From: an uncultured Holophagales bacterium
Lineage (GTDB): Bacteria > Acidobacteriota > Thermoanaerobaculia > Multivoradales > UBA5704
Length of the DNA: 64,000 bases
Assembly: GCA_963842525.1 (NCBI GenBank)
Contig: CAWJGT010000025.1
Location: 224,001-288,000 of the forward strand
Direction of reading: 5' to 3'
The position numbers and the translations under genes are program-made. This document shows, piece by piece, positions 11,726 to 21,048 of this stretch (position 1 is the stretch's first letter; each line of letters opens with the position of its first letter). The notes under the pieces are model-generated. The model was given only the letters and a program-made list of their open reading frames with translations, did no database searches and had not been told where the DNA came from.

Positions 11726-11952
11726 GCCCCGAAGGGGGCTGGGCATAAAGCCTGGCGCTTCAGCGCCAGGTTTGGCATCCCCCCAATTTCCTGGAGCCCT
11801 GAAGGGGCGCAGGCAGCCTCGTGCGCGCATCCACCACCGCATCGGGGCTTGCGCCCCTCGCCCGTGCCGTCGCCCCTGCGGGGCTTGGGTCAATATTGGG
11901 TCGCGGTCCTGGGGTTGAAACCCCAGGCTTTACGCCTTTGCCCCTTCGGGGC
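11726..11952. repeat. REP-like composite palindromic element (MITE-like)
   Basis: GCCCCGAAGGGG, AAAGCCTGGCGCTTCAGCGCCAGG mirrored by CCTGGGGTTGAAACCCCAGGCTTT and GCCCCTTCGGGGC. Confidence 0.75.
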
Positions 11953-11969
11953 AGTCGCAAGCCGGAAGC

Positions 11970-12125
11970 CTGCTGCGCACCCTGGACGGCGGTGCGACCT
12001 GGCAGCGGCTCACGCTCGGGCTCTACGGCCTCTCGGTGCTCGACCTCGCCTTCGATCCCGCGGACCCGACGCGGCTCTGGGCGGCGACCTCGGGTGCCGG
12101 GGTGTTCGTGATCGATCTGGATTGA
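11970..12125 (+). pseudogene. 3' remnant of an Asp-box (BNR) beta-propeller protein
   Basis: Manual translation LLRTLDGGATWQRLTLGLYGLSVLDLAFDPADPTRLWAATSGAGVFVIDLD*; no start. Confidence 0.7.
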
Positions 12126-12274
12126 CGAAAGCCCCGTTGTCTCCGAAGCCGGCGAGTGCCCAGCGAGATTGTGAAGCATAGGCCCTTTTTCTCAAAACGC
12201 CTCGGGTGTCTTATCCGGCCATCCTCGACGGCCTAGCAGCCCACGGGGCGTCTTATTTTCCTCCGCTGGTCGCA

Positions 12275-12303
12275 TTGACTCTCCCAAGGTAGAGGCGTAT
12301 GCT
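12275..12303 (+). promoter_or_regulatory. Sigma70-type promoter (Pc-like) upstream of the cassette array
   Basis: TTGACT-17 bp-TATGCT. Confidence 0.65.
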
Positions 12304-12433
12304 TTTCTAAGTTGAGGATCGACAACATGTTAGAGCCGAAAGAGCAAAGAGGGCTGAGGTGCTTAGCCGGCGCGTAGAAGCCCTGAGCTGCCGCTCAGCT
12401 AGGCGGTTATACCAAGCTTCCATCAGGTAGCCA

Positions 12434-13477
12434 ATGAACAGATTTGAATTCAAGATTGGGCCTGCTGTCGTAAAAGAGGTAGGCTTACCTATACTTGAGA
12501 ATCATCTACAGCAACTGGTATCTCTATTCAGAGAGCATTCGCAGAGGGTTGTTCCTCGTGAAATCCTCCATCCACCGCAGGCATACAATCTGATTCAGCT
12601 CAGCAAGAAGCTAGAGGCCGTGGAGAACTGCCAAGGCTTTGAGCAGCATTTAGGTCTCTATCGGCATCGTCCTGAATCTGCCCTCTTCGCCGCTTCTCTT
12701 GCCGGCTTATTTGTCTCCAGGGGAGCCATTGTGGCTTTCGAACCCCCTACCACCAATCGCCACAGGGCTGATCTGGCAGTGACCCTAGATGACGAGGAGG
12801 TTGTCATAGAATGTAAGGCACCAACTGAGAACGCACTGAACAAGATTCGCTCTGAACACGAAAGGATGTTCGAGGTTCTCGCAAAGTATGTCGAATATCA
12901 CTACCACATAAGGATCAAGTATCGCCGCACCCTAACCTCCGACGAACTGGAGGAATTGGGACGCATCCTAAAGGACAGATTGCCTCATGTTCGGGAGGAT
13001 GGCGTAATATTCGCTTCTCCGGAAATCGAGGCTTCGGTCTATCGGTCGGTTGGTCGCATGCCCAAGGGCTTTCATTTAGTTGTAGTAATGAGCGGTCCTG
13101 AGCCGCCGGATAATGTTGTCTTGCCGGGACATGCCATCTTGCGTGATGGAAAGAACTTGGCCTTCAATGGCCCAGTCATCGATTTAGATCGTCTTTTGCA
13201 GGATCGAATTCGCAAGGCCCGAAAGCAGGCGCCCCTAGATAAACCTTATGTCGTTGCGATTTCAAGGGCTCATCTGCTTGGAAGCCCGCGCTCGCATTTG
13301 ATAGCTGTCCAAAGTGAGTTTACCCCCAAGAAATACCGACACATCACCGGCGTTCTTTTTGTAGAATTCAGATGGTATATTGGTGGCAACGAGGAGGCAA
13401 GGATGGAGTACGTACCGAACAGCTTTGCCTACTTCCCGTTGGCTAAGAAGTTTCAGGATGTTTTAAGGTCAGCCTAA
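12434..13477 (+). CDS. Low-GC integron cassette ORF, putative PD-(D/E)XK nuclease-fold protein
   Basis: ADLAV...VVIECKAP motif; bounded by GTTATACC (12406) and the attC GGTATAAC (13488). Confidence 0.7.
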   Translation: MNRFEFKIGPAVVKEVGLPILENHLQQLVSLFREHSQRVVPREILHPPQAYNLIQLSKKLEAVENCQGFEQHLGLYRHRPESALFAASLAGLFVSRGAIVAFEPPTTNRHRADLAVTLDDEEVVIECKAPTENALNKIRSEHERMFEVLAKYVEYHYHIRIKYRRTLTSDELEELGRILKDRLPHVREDGVIFASPEIEASVYRSVGRMPKGFHLVVVMSGPEPPDNVVLPGHAILRDGKNLAFNGPVIDLDRLLQDRIRKARKQAPLDKPYVVAISRAHLLGSPRSHLIAVQSEFTPKKYRHITGVLFVEFRWYIGGNEEARMEYVPNSFAYFPLAKKFQDVLRSA

Positions 13478-13488
13478 GAGGTCTGAGG

Positions 13489-13559
13489 GTATAACCCAAG
13501 GCCTCAACCGGACGGCACCGCTACGCGGCGCCGCGCGGTTAGGCCCGGTCGCGTTAGGC
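13489..13559 (+). mobile_element. Integron attC recombination site
   Basis: R'' GTATAAC, L'' GGCCT(C)AACCG, L' CGGTTAGGCC with an extrahelical base, R' GTTAGGC; R'' is complementary to the cassette start GTTATAC. Confidence 0.85.
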
Positions 13560-13576
13560 GGATCAGGAGGGGTACG

Positions 13577-13951
13577 ATGACCGAGAACACTTCGAGAAGC
13601 CAGATTGTTCACCGGTGGTACACACGCCCAGTCTTCTTCGTCACCGACGTGAATCGCGCGGCTCGCTTCTACGTCGAGATGCTCGGCTTCGAAAAGGGTT
13701 GGCACGAAGCGGACGGTGCGGGAAAGGTCTGCCAGGTCAATCATGGAGAGTGCGAGATCATCCTCTGTGAAGACGCAACGCGTCGAGACAGAGGACGCCT
13801 GTTTATCGAGCTGACTTCGGAGGGACTCGCAGATCTTCGCCGTGAGTTCGTCGAGCGATCCGTTCCCACCAGGGAAACATCGTGGGGCTACGAGACGCTC
13901 CAAGTCGATGATCCTGACGGCAATGAGCTGTTCTTCCCTCGTCCCGACTGA
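13577..13951 (+). CDS. VOC/glyoxalase family protein (second cassette ORF)
   Basis: RPVFFVTDVNRAARFYVEMLGF...SWG...VDDPDGNELFF; starts 18 nt after the attC R' box. Confidence 0.9.
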   Translation: MTENTSRSQIVHRWYTRPVFFVTDVNRAARFYVEMLGFEKGWHEADGAGKVCQVNHGECEIILCEDATRRDRGRLFIELTSEGLADLRREFVERSVPTRETSWGYETLQVDDPDGNELFFPRPD

Positions 13952-14046
13952 GTTAGCCTCGAAAGCCAGTCTGGCTCGCGCTCTCCCTGCAACCACTTGT
14001 CTCCAAAACGCGAATTGAGGCAGTCTGAGCCTGCCGGCACACTGAA

Positions 14047-14066
14047 TAGCACAGGTGTGCTACAGT
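14047..14066 (+). promoter_or_regulatory. Palindromic operator overlapping the -10 box of the TA operon
   Basis: TAGCACA-gg-TGTGCTA overlapping TACAGT. Confidence 0.5.
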
Positions 14067-14097
14067 GGTGTACGCTGGTCGGAGAGGGGGTGTCCTC

Positions 14098-14325
14098 ATG
14101 ATCAAGGAAATCACACTACGGCAGGCGGGAGGGTCGGTGACCGCTACTCTGCCCAAGGAGATGGCGGAGCGCCTGCAGGTGGGGCCGGGAGACCGCATGT
14201 TCGCGATCGAGACAGAGAACGGCGTCCTCTTGACGCCGTACGATCCCGACTTCCACGATGCCATGAAGGCCTTCGCCGAGGTCCGCCGGCAATACCGCAA
14301 CACGCTCAAGCGGCTGGCGGACTGA
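14098..14325 (+). CDS. AbrB/MazE-type antitoxin
   Basis: LRQAGGSVTATLPKEMAERLQVGPGD..LTPYDPDF..YRNTLKRLA. Confidence 0.9.
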   Translation: MIKEITLRQAGGSVTATLPKEMAERLQVGPGDRMFAIETENGVLLTPYDPDFHDAMKAFAEVRRQYRNTLKRLAD

Positions 14326-14328
14326 GAC

Positions 14329-14734
14329 GTGCGGGAACCCCGTTGGCTGACCCGGCCGATGGTGGACACGATGCATTCAGAAGCTCCTGACGGAGCACGG
14401 CGGCTCCCCTGGAATCCGGGGAGGCGGCGACGATCTGATCGAGTCGGCGTTGGCGCGTCCCAAGAACCGCTTCGCCTACGAGCCGGAGTCCGACCTCGCA
14501 AGTCTGGCAGCCGGCTATCTCTTCGGGCTGGTCCAGAACCACGGGTACGTGGACGGCAACAAGCGTGTGGACTTTGCGGCGGCGGCGGCGTTCCTGCTGC
14601 TGAACGATTCCCGCCTCACCGCCCCGGAGGCGGATGCCTACGACACCGTGATGGCGCTCGCCGAGGGACGTCTCTCGGAATCGGACTTGGCCACCTGGCT
14701 CCGGAAGCACGCCGAGCCGGTCCGCCGCGGCTGA
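14329..14734 (+). CDS. doc: Doc/Fic family toxin, frameshift near 14382
   Basis: ESALARPKN, NHGYVDGNKR Fic/Doc motif; downstream of the antitoxin. Confidence 0.85.
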
Positions 14735-14812
14735 GGCTCATCGCGTTAGCGACGCCTTCCAGCCGCTTTGAGCGGCTGACCACCTGAAGCTCCGGCTCTA
14801 CCGGGGAAGTTT

Positions 14813-15046
14813 TTACTGCATGCAGTGCTCCTCGCAGGTATCGGAGTTGCAGGGAAATTGGCTACGCGGGTCACCGCTACCAGCAGTAGTACACCCGTAC
14901 GAAGGGCACTCCGGCCCTACACAGAGACTCACGCACGCGCTGCCGGTTCCCGGGGTTAACCCGGCAACTCTCGTAAGCACCGGGGAAGTGAGAAGTCTTA
15001 GGGTTTCGCGGTGGAGAGTGAGCTTCGTCTTCATTCTCTTCTTCAT
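14813..15046 (-). CDS. Putative lanthipeptide-like RiPP precursor
   Basis: Leader MKKRMKTKLTLHRETLRLL..VAG; core with 7 Cys and 11 Ser/Thr; AGGAGG RBS. Confidence 0.75.
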   Translation of the reverse strand: MKKRMKTKLTLHRETLRLLTSPVLTRVAGLTPGTGSACVSLCVGPECPSYGCTTAGSGDPRSQFPCNSDTCEEHCMQ

Positions 15047-15669
15047 GTTCTAGATCCTCCTAACGACAATAGGTGCAGCAGATGTGCGCAGACGCGCCAC
15101 GGGGCGGCCGCCCGGGGGACCTACAGAGCTTCCCGGCGGTGCCGATCGAGGATCGGCGGATCTCAGCCCACCTTGTCCACTTCGTCCGTGCGCCGGATCC
15201 GCGGGTCCTTGGGAGAGATCAGACGACGACGAGTAAGATTCAGAGCCGGAGGATGATACACGACCGCTCCCGGGTTGCGGCTGTCACTCTTTTTCCGTCT
15301 GGGAGCGCGGGCTTCTGGCCGTGCCGCGGTTTCGGGGCCGTCACTGCACCTCGGCAGGCCTGCCCGGGCCGCGGTGCAGGTCGGCTGCACCTCGGTGGGA
15401 TCGGCCTCCACCTCGGCGCAGATGGTCGCTTTTTCAGCAGAGTCAGGCCAGGGCTCGGCGAGCTGCACCCCGTGACGTTCCTGGATGAGCCCTGGGCCGG
15501 CGTGGGCCGGCTGGGCCTCGGCGCGCTAGCACGGGCCGTACAGCGTCAGACGAGGCCTTTCCAGCAGCTCCATGCGACCGTCCCCGTGTGGGCTCGGCCA
15601 CGGCTCCGAGCATTAGGCAGGGTCTTCCGCCAGAATTTGCGCCCCATTTATGCCTTTTCCGGGACCAGA

Positions 15670-15735
15670 GTGGACCAGGGCGGGGTTCTTTGTGGGTTCC
15701 AGTGGAAAAAAATGGACAAAAGTGGAGAGAGCGGG
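15670..15735 (+). promoter_or_regulatory. MraZ-binding direct repeats upstream of the dcw cluster
   Basis: GTGG-like units at 10-nt period (15692, 15702, 15712, 15722) before mraZ. Confidence 0.75.
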
Positions 15736-15781
15736 TTAAGATCTCGCCTCAGACGTTGGATGTTGGGGGCGGGGGGTCCCT

Positions 15782-16222
15782 ATGTTGCGCGGCAGCTCTC
15801 CTACGAGGATTGACGACAAGGGTCGTCTGAAGATCCCGACTGACTTTCGTCGTCTGGTCGAGGAGAGGTATGGGCCGGACCTGTTCGTCACTTCGATCCA
15901 CGGCGATTCGGCCCTGATCTACCCGCTGCCGGTCTGGGAAGGGATCGAGGCGAAGCTGCAGGCGGTGCCTTCCGCGGACCGCGCCAAGGAGCGTTTCCTG
16001 GCGCGGGTCAACTACTACGGGCAGCAGGTGCATCTGGACGTGCAGGGCCGGATCCTGATCCCTCAGCTCCTCCGCGAGAGCGCGGGCATGAACGGGGAGG
16101 TCGTGGTCAGCGGTCAGCTCGATCACCTGGTGGTGTGGAACCACGAGCGGTTCCTCAAGCGTCTGGACGAGGAACGCCTGACCGATGAGGACTTCCGTGC
16201 TCTCACCCAGTACGGGATCTAG
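15782..16222 (+). CDS. mraZ: Transcriptional repressor MraZ
   Basis: IDDKGRLKIP and LDVQGRILIP repeats; first gene of the dcw cluster. Confidence 0.96.
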   Translation: MLRGSSPTRIDDKGRLKIPTDFRRLVEERYGPDLFVTSIHGDSALIYPLPVWEGIEAKLQAVPSADRAKERFLARVNYYGQQVHLDVQGRILIPQLLRESAGMNGEVVVSGQLDHLVVWNHERFLKRLDEERLTDEDFRALTQYGI

Positions 16223-16261
16223 GCGGTCTCCGGGCCGCGGAAAGGAAGGCTTTTCGCGCCG

Positions 16262-17200
16262 TTGGAACCCCAACACGTGCCCGTCCTGGTCGCGGAGACC
16301 CTCGATCTGCTCGCGCCGGAGCGCAGGCCCGGAGGGTTGTTCGTCGACGCGACGGTCGGGCTGGGCGGGCATGCCGAGGCTCTCCTCCTCCGGGCTCCGG
16401 AGGCGCGCCTCGTCGGCCTCGACCGCGATCCACAGGCTCTCGAGCGGGCGGCCCGGCGCCTCGCTCCCTTCGGCGACCGGGTCCGGCTGGTGCCGGCAAA
16501 CTTCTTTCACATCGAGGAGGTGCTGTCCGGCTTGGGGCTCCGCGGCGTCGCGGGGGTCCTGGCCGATCTGGGTGTCTCCTCCCTCCAGCTCGAGACGCCG
16601 GAGCGGGGCTTCAGCTTCCGGCTGGAGGGGCCGCTCGACATGCGCATGGGCCTCGCGGACGTAACCGCGGCGGACCTCGTCAACCAGAGCTCGGAGGGGG
16701 AGTTGGAAACGATCTTCAGGGACTACGGAGAGGAGCGGCAGGCACGGCGGATCGCCCGCGCCATCGTCCGGGCCCGGGCGGAGGCGCCGATCGAGACGAC
16801 CGGTCAGCTCAAGCGGCTGATCGACCGGAACCGGGGTCCGCGGGACAAGAGAAGCCGCGAGGAGCGGATCGATCCCGCGACACGGGTCTTCCAGGCCCTG
16901 CGCATCGCGGTCAACCGCGAGCTCGCGGGCCTGGAGGAGTTCGTCGAGCAGACGGTGCGGATGCTGGAGAACGACGGCCGGCTGGTCGTCATCTCCTATC
17001 ACAGCCTGGAGGACCGCATCATCAAGAACACCCTGCGCGGGCTCGCGCAGGGTGAGGTCGATCCGGTCACGGGGCGCTCGCGCTCGGAGACGCAGCTCAT
17101 CGAGGTGCTGACCCGCAAGCCGATGCGCCCGACCGAAGAGGAGATCGCATTCAACCCGCGCTCGCGCTCCGCGAAGCTGCGGGCGGCGAGAAGGATCTGA
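16262..17200 (+). CDS. rsmH: 16S rRNA m4C1402 methyltransferase
   Basis: HVPVL, DATVGLGGH, DLGVSSLQL, SYHSLEDR, NPRSRSAKLR. Confidence 0.97.
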   Translation: MEPQHVPVLVAETLDLLAPERRPGGLFVDATVGLGGHAEALLLRAPEARLVGLDRDPQALERAARRLAPFGDRVRLVPANFFHIEEVLSGLGLRGVAGVLADLGVSSLQLETPERGFSFRLEGPLDMRMGLADVTAADLVNQSSEGELETIFRDYGEERQARRIARAIVRARAEAPIETTGQLKRLIDRNRGPRDKRSREERIDPATRVFQALRIAVNRELAGLEEFVEQTVRMLENDGRLVVISYHSLEDRIIKNTLRGLAQGEVDPVTGRSRSETQLIEVLTRKPMRPTEEEIAFNPRSRSAKLRAARRI

Positions 17201-17207
17201 GGACGAC

Positions 17208-17552
17208 GTGAGGAACGTGTACGCCTTCCGGCGGCCGGTGGTCAACATCTACCTGGTCCGCGAACGCGACCGGCGGCGCCAGCGCGAGCTGGTGTTGGTC
17301 CTGCTGGTCGTGCTCTGCCTGAGCGGAGGGCTCCTGGCGTACACCTGGATCCACCTGGAGGTGCTGCGCACCGGCTACCGGATCGACGCGCTGGAGCGGC
17401 AGCTCGGCGACCTCACGAAGACGGAGCGGCAGCTCAGCCTGGAGGCGTCCTATCTTGCCAGCCCCTCGCAGGTCGAGCGGCGCGCCGTCTCGGAGCTGGG
17501 CATGCAGCTCCCCACCCTGGAGCAGGTGGTCTTCTGGGAGGAGCTGCCGTGA
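17208..17552 (+). CDS. ftsL: Cell division protein FtsL
   Basis: Single TM plus coiled coil; between rsmH and ftsI. Confidence 0.85.
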   Translation: MRNVYAFRRPVVNIYLVRERDRRRQRELVLVLLVVLCLSGGLLAYTWIHLEVLRTGYRIDALERQLGDLTKTERQLSLEASYLASPSQVERRAVSELGMQLPTLEQVVFWEELP

Positions 17553-19553
17553 GGTCGCGGCTGTGGATCCTGATCGCCTGCTGCGCCCTCTGGATGGGGG
17601 CGATCTCTTTCCGTCTGTATCAGCTCCAGGTGCTCCGCTACGAGCACTACACGGTCAAGGCGGCGCGGCAGCAGCAGCGGGTCGTGGAGCTCGATCCGCC
17701 GCGCGGCACGATCTACGACTCCCAGGGGCGGAAGCTCGCGGTGTCGGTCGAGGTCGATTCCGCCTATGCCGTGCCGCCGCAGATCGAGGACCCCGTCGCG
17801 GCGGCGAAGGCGATCGCCCGCATCGTCCCCGAGGTCGACGCCCGCAAGCTGGCGCGCCAGCTCGCCCAGGACCGCGAGTTCGTCTGGGTGGCGCGCAAGC
17901 TCGATGCGCCGGTTGCCGCGGCGCTGCGCGGCCTCGACATGCCCGGCCTCTACTTCCTGCCGGAGAGCAAGCGCTACTACCCGATGCGGGAGCTCGCCGC
18001 CCAGGTGCTCGGCTATGTCGGCACCGACAACCACGGCCTCGCCGGGCTCGAGCTGATGTACGACGAGGTGGTGGCCGGCAAGCCGGGCAAGCGGACGGTG
18101 CTGCGCGATGCGCGACGCGGCACGGTCGCCTCGCCGGAGCTGTCGTTCGCCGATCCGGAGCCCGGGCAGGACCTCCATCTCACCCTCGACGCGGCGGTCC
18201 AGTACATCGTCGAGCGCGAGCTGGCGAAGGCGGTCGAGGAGCGCGGCGCGACCCGCGGCAGCGCGGTCTTCCTCGATCCGGCGACCGGCGCCGTGCTGGC
18301 GATGGCCAACTATCCGTCGTTCGATCCCAACCGGTTCGGCGAGTCTTCACCGGCCCGCTGGCGCAACCGGGCGATGGTGGACGTTTATGAGCCTGGTTCG
18401 ACCTTCAAGGTGATCACCGCCGCGGCGGCTCTCGCCTCCGGCAAGATCCGGCCCGAGGACGTCTTCGACTGCGAGATGGGAGGGATCGTCCTCCTCGACC
18501 ACCTGATCCGTGATCACAAGCCCTTCGGCCGTCTGACCTTCGCCGAGGTGCTGGCGAAGTCGAGCAACGTCGGGGTGATCAAGGCGGCCCTGCTGGTGGG
18601 CGACGAGGGAATGTACCGCACCATCCGCGGCTTCGGCTTCGGACGGCCGACCGGGATCGACCTGCCCGGGGAGAAGCTCCGGGATCGTTCACCCGCTGGA
18701 GCGCTGGCGCTCCCTCGACAAGGCCTACATCTCCTTCGGCCAGGGGATCTCGGTGACGCCGCTCCAGCTCGCCGCGGCCGTGACCGCGATCGCCAACGAG
18801 GGGACGCTGCTGCGCCCCCGGATCGTGGCCACTGTGGGCCGGGGTGACGTGCTCCGCGCGCGCCGCACCGCGCCCGAGGTCGCCGGCCATCCGATCGAGC
18901 CGGCCGTCGCCCGCACGCTCAAGTCGATGCTCGAGGGGGTGGTGATCGCCGGCACCGGCCGCAGCGCCGGCGTCGCAGGCTACCGGGTGGCGGGCAAGAC
19001 CGGCACGGCGCAGATCCCGGTGGCCGGCGGCTATTCGCGGAACAGCTACATCCCCAGCTTCGTCGGTTTCGCGCCCGCGGACCGGCCGCGGCTGGTCGGC
19101 GTGGTGGCGGTGGCCGAGCCGCAGGGCTTCCTCTATCACGGCGGCCAGGTGGCGGCGCCGGTCTTCGGCGCGGTGGCACGGCAGGTCCTGCTCTACCTCG
19201 GCGTCCGCCCGGAGCGCCAGCCGCTCGACGCCTGGCCCGGCCAGATCGGGCAACCCGGTCAGCCAATATTAGCGGGCCTGGCCACCCCCGCTCCGTTGAC
19301 TCCGGTGCTGGCGGCCGAGATCCACGAAGCGCCCGAGGATGTGTTTCTGGACGGCGTGGGTGGGCCCTCACCCCCCCGGCCCCCCTCTCCCAGCCGCACT
19401 CCCGCCCTCCGGGAGAGGGGGGAGGGAGAGTCCATTCTCCCCTCTCCCGGGGGACAGGGAGTGAGGATGGGAGAGGGGTCGGGGGTGAGGGACACGGCCG
19501 CCGCACCCACAGGCCCTGCTACAACCGGAGGCCCCCCGCATGCGCCTCTCTGA
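17549..19553 (+). CDS. ftsI: Penicillin-binding protein 3 (FtsI), frameshift near 18674; repeat-derived C-terminal tail
   Basis: RGTIYD, EPGSTFK (SxxK), SSN, KTGT motifs across two frames. Confidence 0.93.
19365..19491. repeat. CCTCACCCC palindromic element inside the ftsI reading frame
   Basis: Both arms of the 5421 family; encodes PSPPRPPSP..LPSPGGQGVRMGEGSGVR. Confidence 0.85.
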
Positions 19554-21048
19554 GCTGGTCCGCGCCTTCGGCGGCGAGCTCCACCCCGCGGGCGTCCTCC
19601 GGGGCGATCCCGAGGTGACCGGCGTGGCGCACGACTCGCGCGTGGTCGAGCCGGGCGACCTCTTCTTCGCCCTGGTCGGCCAGCGGTTCGACGGCCGGGC
19701 CTTTGCCGGCGCGGCGGTCGAAAAGGGCGCGGTCGCGGTGGCCGGGCCCCTGCCGGCGGAGGGGCCGGCGGCCGGTCCCGGCGTGTCGTGGTGGAACGTC
19801 CCTGAGCCGCGGGACCTCCTCGGTCCGGTCGCGGCCGAAGTCTACGGCCATCCGGACCGCGAGCTGGTGCTGGTCGGCGTGACCGGGACGAACGGCAAGT
19901 CCACCGTGGCGACGCTGATCGCCGCGATGCTGGATGCGGCCGGGTTGCCGGCCGGCTTCCTGGGGACCCTCGGCTACCGCTTCGGCGAGCGCCGCTTCCC
20001 GGGCGGCCATACGACGCCCGAGGCGTCCGACCTGTTCCGCACCCTGCGGCGGATGCGCGAGGCCGGTGCGCGGGCCGTGGCCATGGAGGTCTCGTCCCAC
20101 GCCCTGGACATGGGCCGGGTCGGCGGAGCGGCGTTCGATGCCGCGGTGTTCACGAACCTGAGCCGGGACCACCTGGACTACCACCCGGACATGGAGAGCT
20201 ACTTCGCGGCCAAGCGCCGCCTCTTCGACCAGAGGAAGCCCGGCGGGCGCGCCGTGGTCAACGTCGAGGACCCGTACGGCCGGCGGCTCGCCGCGGAGCT
20301 CCCGGACGCGCTCACCTTCGGCGCCGGCGGCGCCGTGGAGGCCGTCGAGGTGACGCTCGATGCCCAAGGCATCCGCGGCGTGCTGCGGACCCCGCGCGGC
20401 GTGACTCCGTTTACGACGCCGCTCCTCGGCCGCTACAACCTGTCGAACCTGCTGGCGGCAGTCGCCGTAGCCGAAGCGCTGGAGCTGCCGCACGACGCGA
20501 TCGTATCGGCGCTCGCTACCCAGCAGCCGGTCCCCGGGCGGCTGGAGCCGGTCGACCACGGCCAGCCGTTCCCGGTCTTCGTCGACTATGCCCACACCGA
20601 CGCGGCCCTCGAAGCCGCCCTGCGCTCGGTGCGCGAGATGGCCGGCATCGAAAAAGTGGCGGTGGTCTTCGGCTGCGGCGGCGACCGCGACGCAGGCAAG
20701 CGCCCGCTCATGGGACGGGTGGCCGGCGAGCTGGCGGATTTTCCAGTCATTACGTCGGACAACCCGCGGAGCGAGGACCCGCTGACGATCCTCGCCGCGG
20801 TCGAGGAGGGGGTCCGGGCGAGCGGCAACCGGTCGTACCGGGTGGTGCCCGACCGCCGCGAGGCGATCCGCGCAGCGCTTTCTGCGGTCACTGCAGCGGC
20901 TGCAGGCGGATCGGGCTGGGCTGTCCTGGTGGCCGGCAAGGGGCACGAGCGCGAGCAGATCGTCGGCGACCGCCGGCTTCCCTTCTCCGACTTCGACGAG
21001 ATCGAAAAAGCCCTGGAGGAGAGCTTTGGCTCGCCTGTCCGTCGCTGA
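19540..21048 (+). CDS. murE: UDP-MurNAc-tripeptide synthetase
   Basis: GTNGKST, HTTPE, MEVSSH, DYAHT, DNPR (meso-DAP type), AGKGHE. Confidence 0.97.
   Translation: MRLSELVRAFGGELHPAGVLRGDPEVTGVAHDSRVVEPGDLFFALVGQRFDGRAFAGAAVEKGAVAVAGPLPAEGPAAGPGVSWWNVPEPRDLLGPVAAEVYGHPDRELVLVGVTGTNGKSTVATLIAAMLDAAGLPAGFLGTLGYRFGERRFPGGHTTPEASDLFRTLRRMREAGARAVAMEVSSHALDMGRVGGAAFDAAVFTNLSRDHLDYHPDMESYFAAKRRLFDQRKPGGRAVVNVEDPYGRRLAAELPDALTFGAGGAVEAVEVTLDAQGIRGVLRTPRGVTPFTTPLLGRYNLSNLLAAVAVAEALELPHDAIVSALATQQPVPGRLEPVDHGQPFPVFVDYAHTDAALEAALRSVREMAGIEKVAVVFGCGGDRDAGKRPLMGRVAGELADFPVITSDNPRSEDPLTILAAVEEGVRASGNRSYRVVPDRREAIRAALSAVTAAAAGGSGWAVLVAGKGHEREQIVGDRRLPFSDFDEIEKALEESFGSPVRR

Noticed and set aside
14725-15085. 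RiPP precursor as an inverted integron cassette (minus-strand GTTAGGA before the RBS, CGCTAAC after the stop)
   Set aside because: The boxes are only 5/7 complementary and no complete attC hairpin can be drawn; suggestive but unsupported
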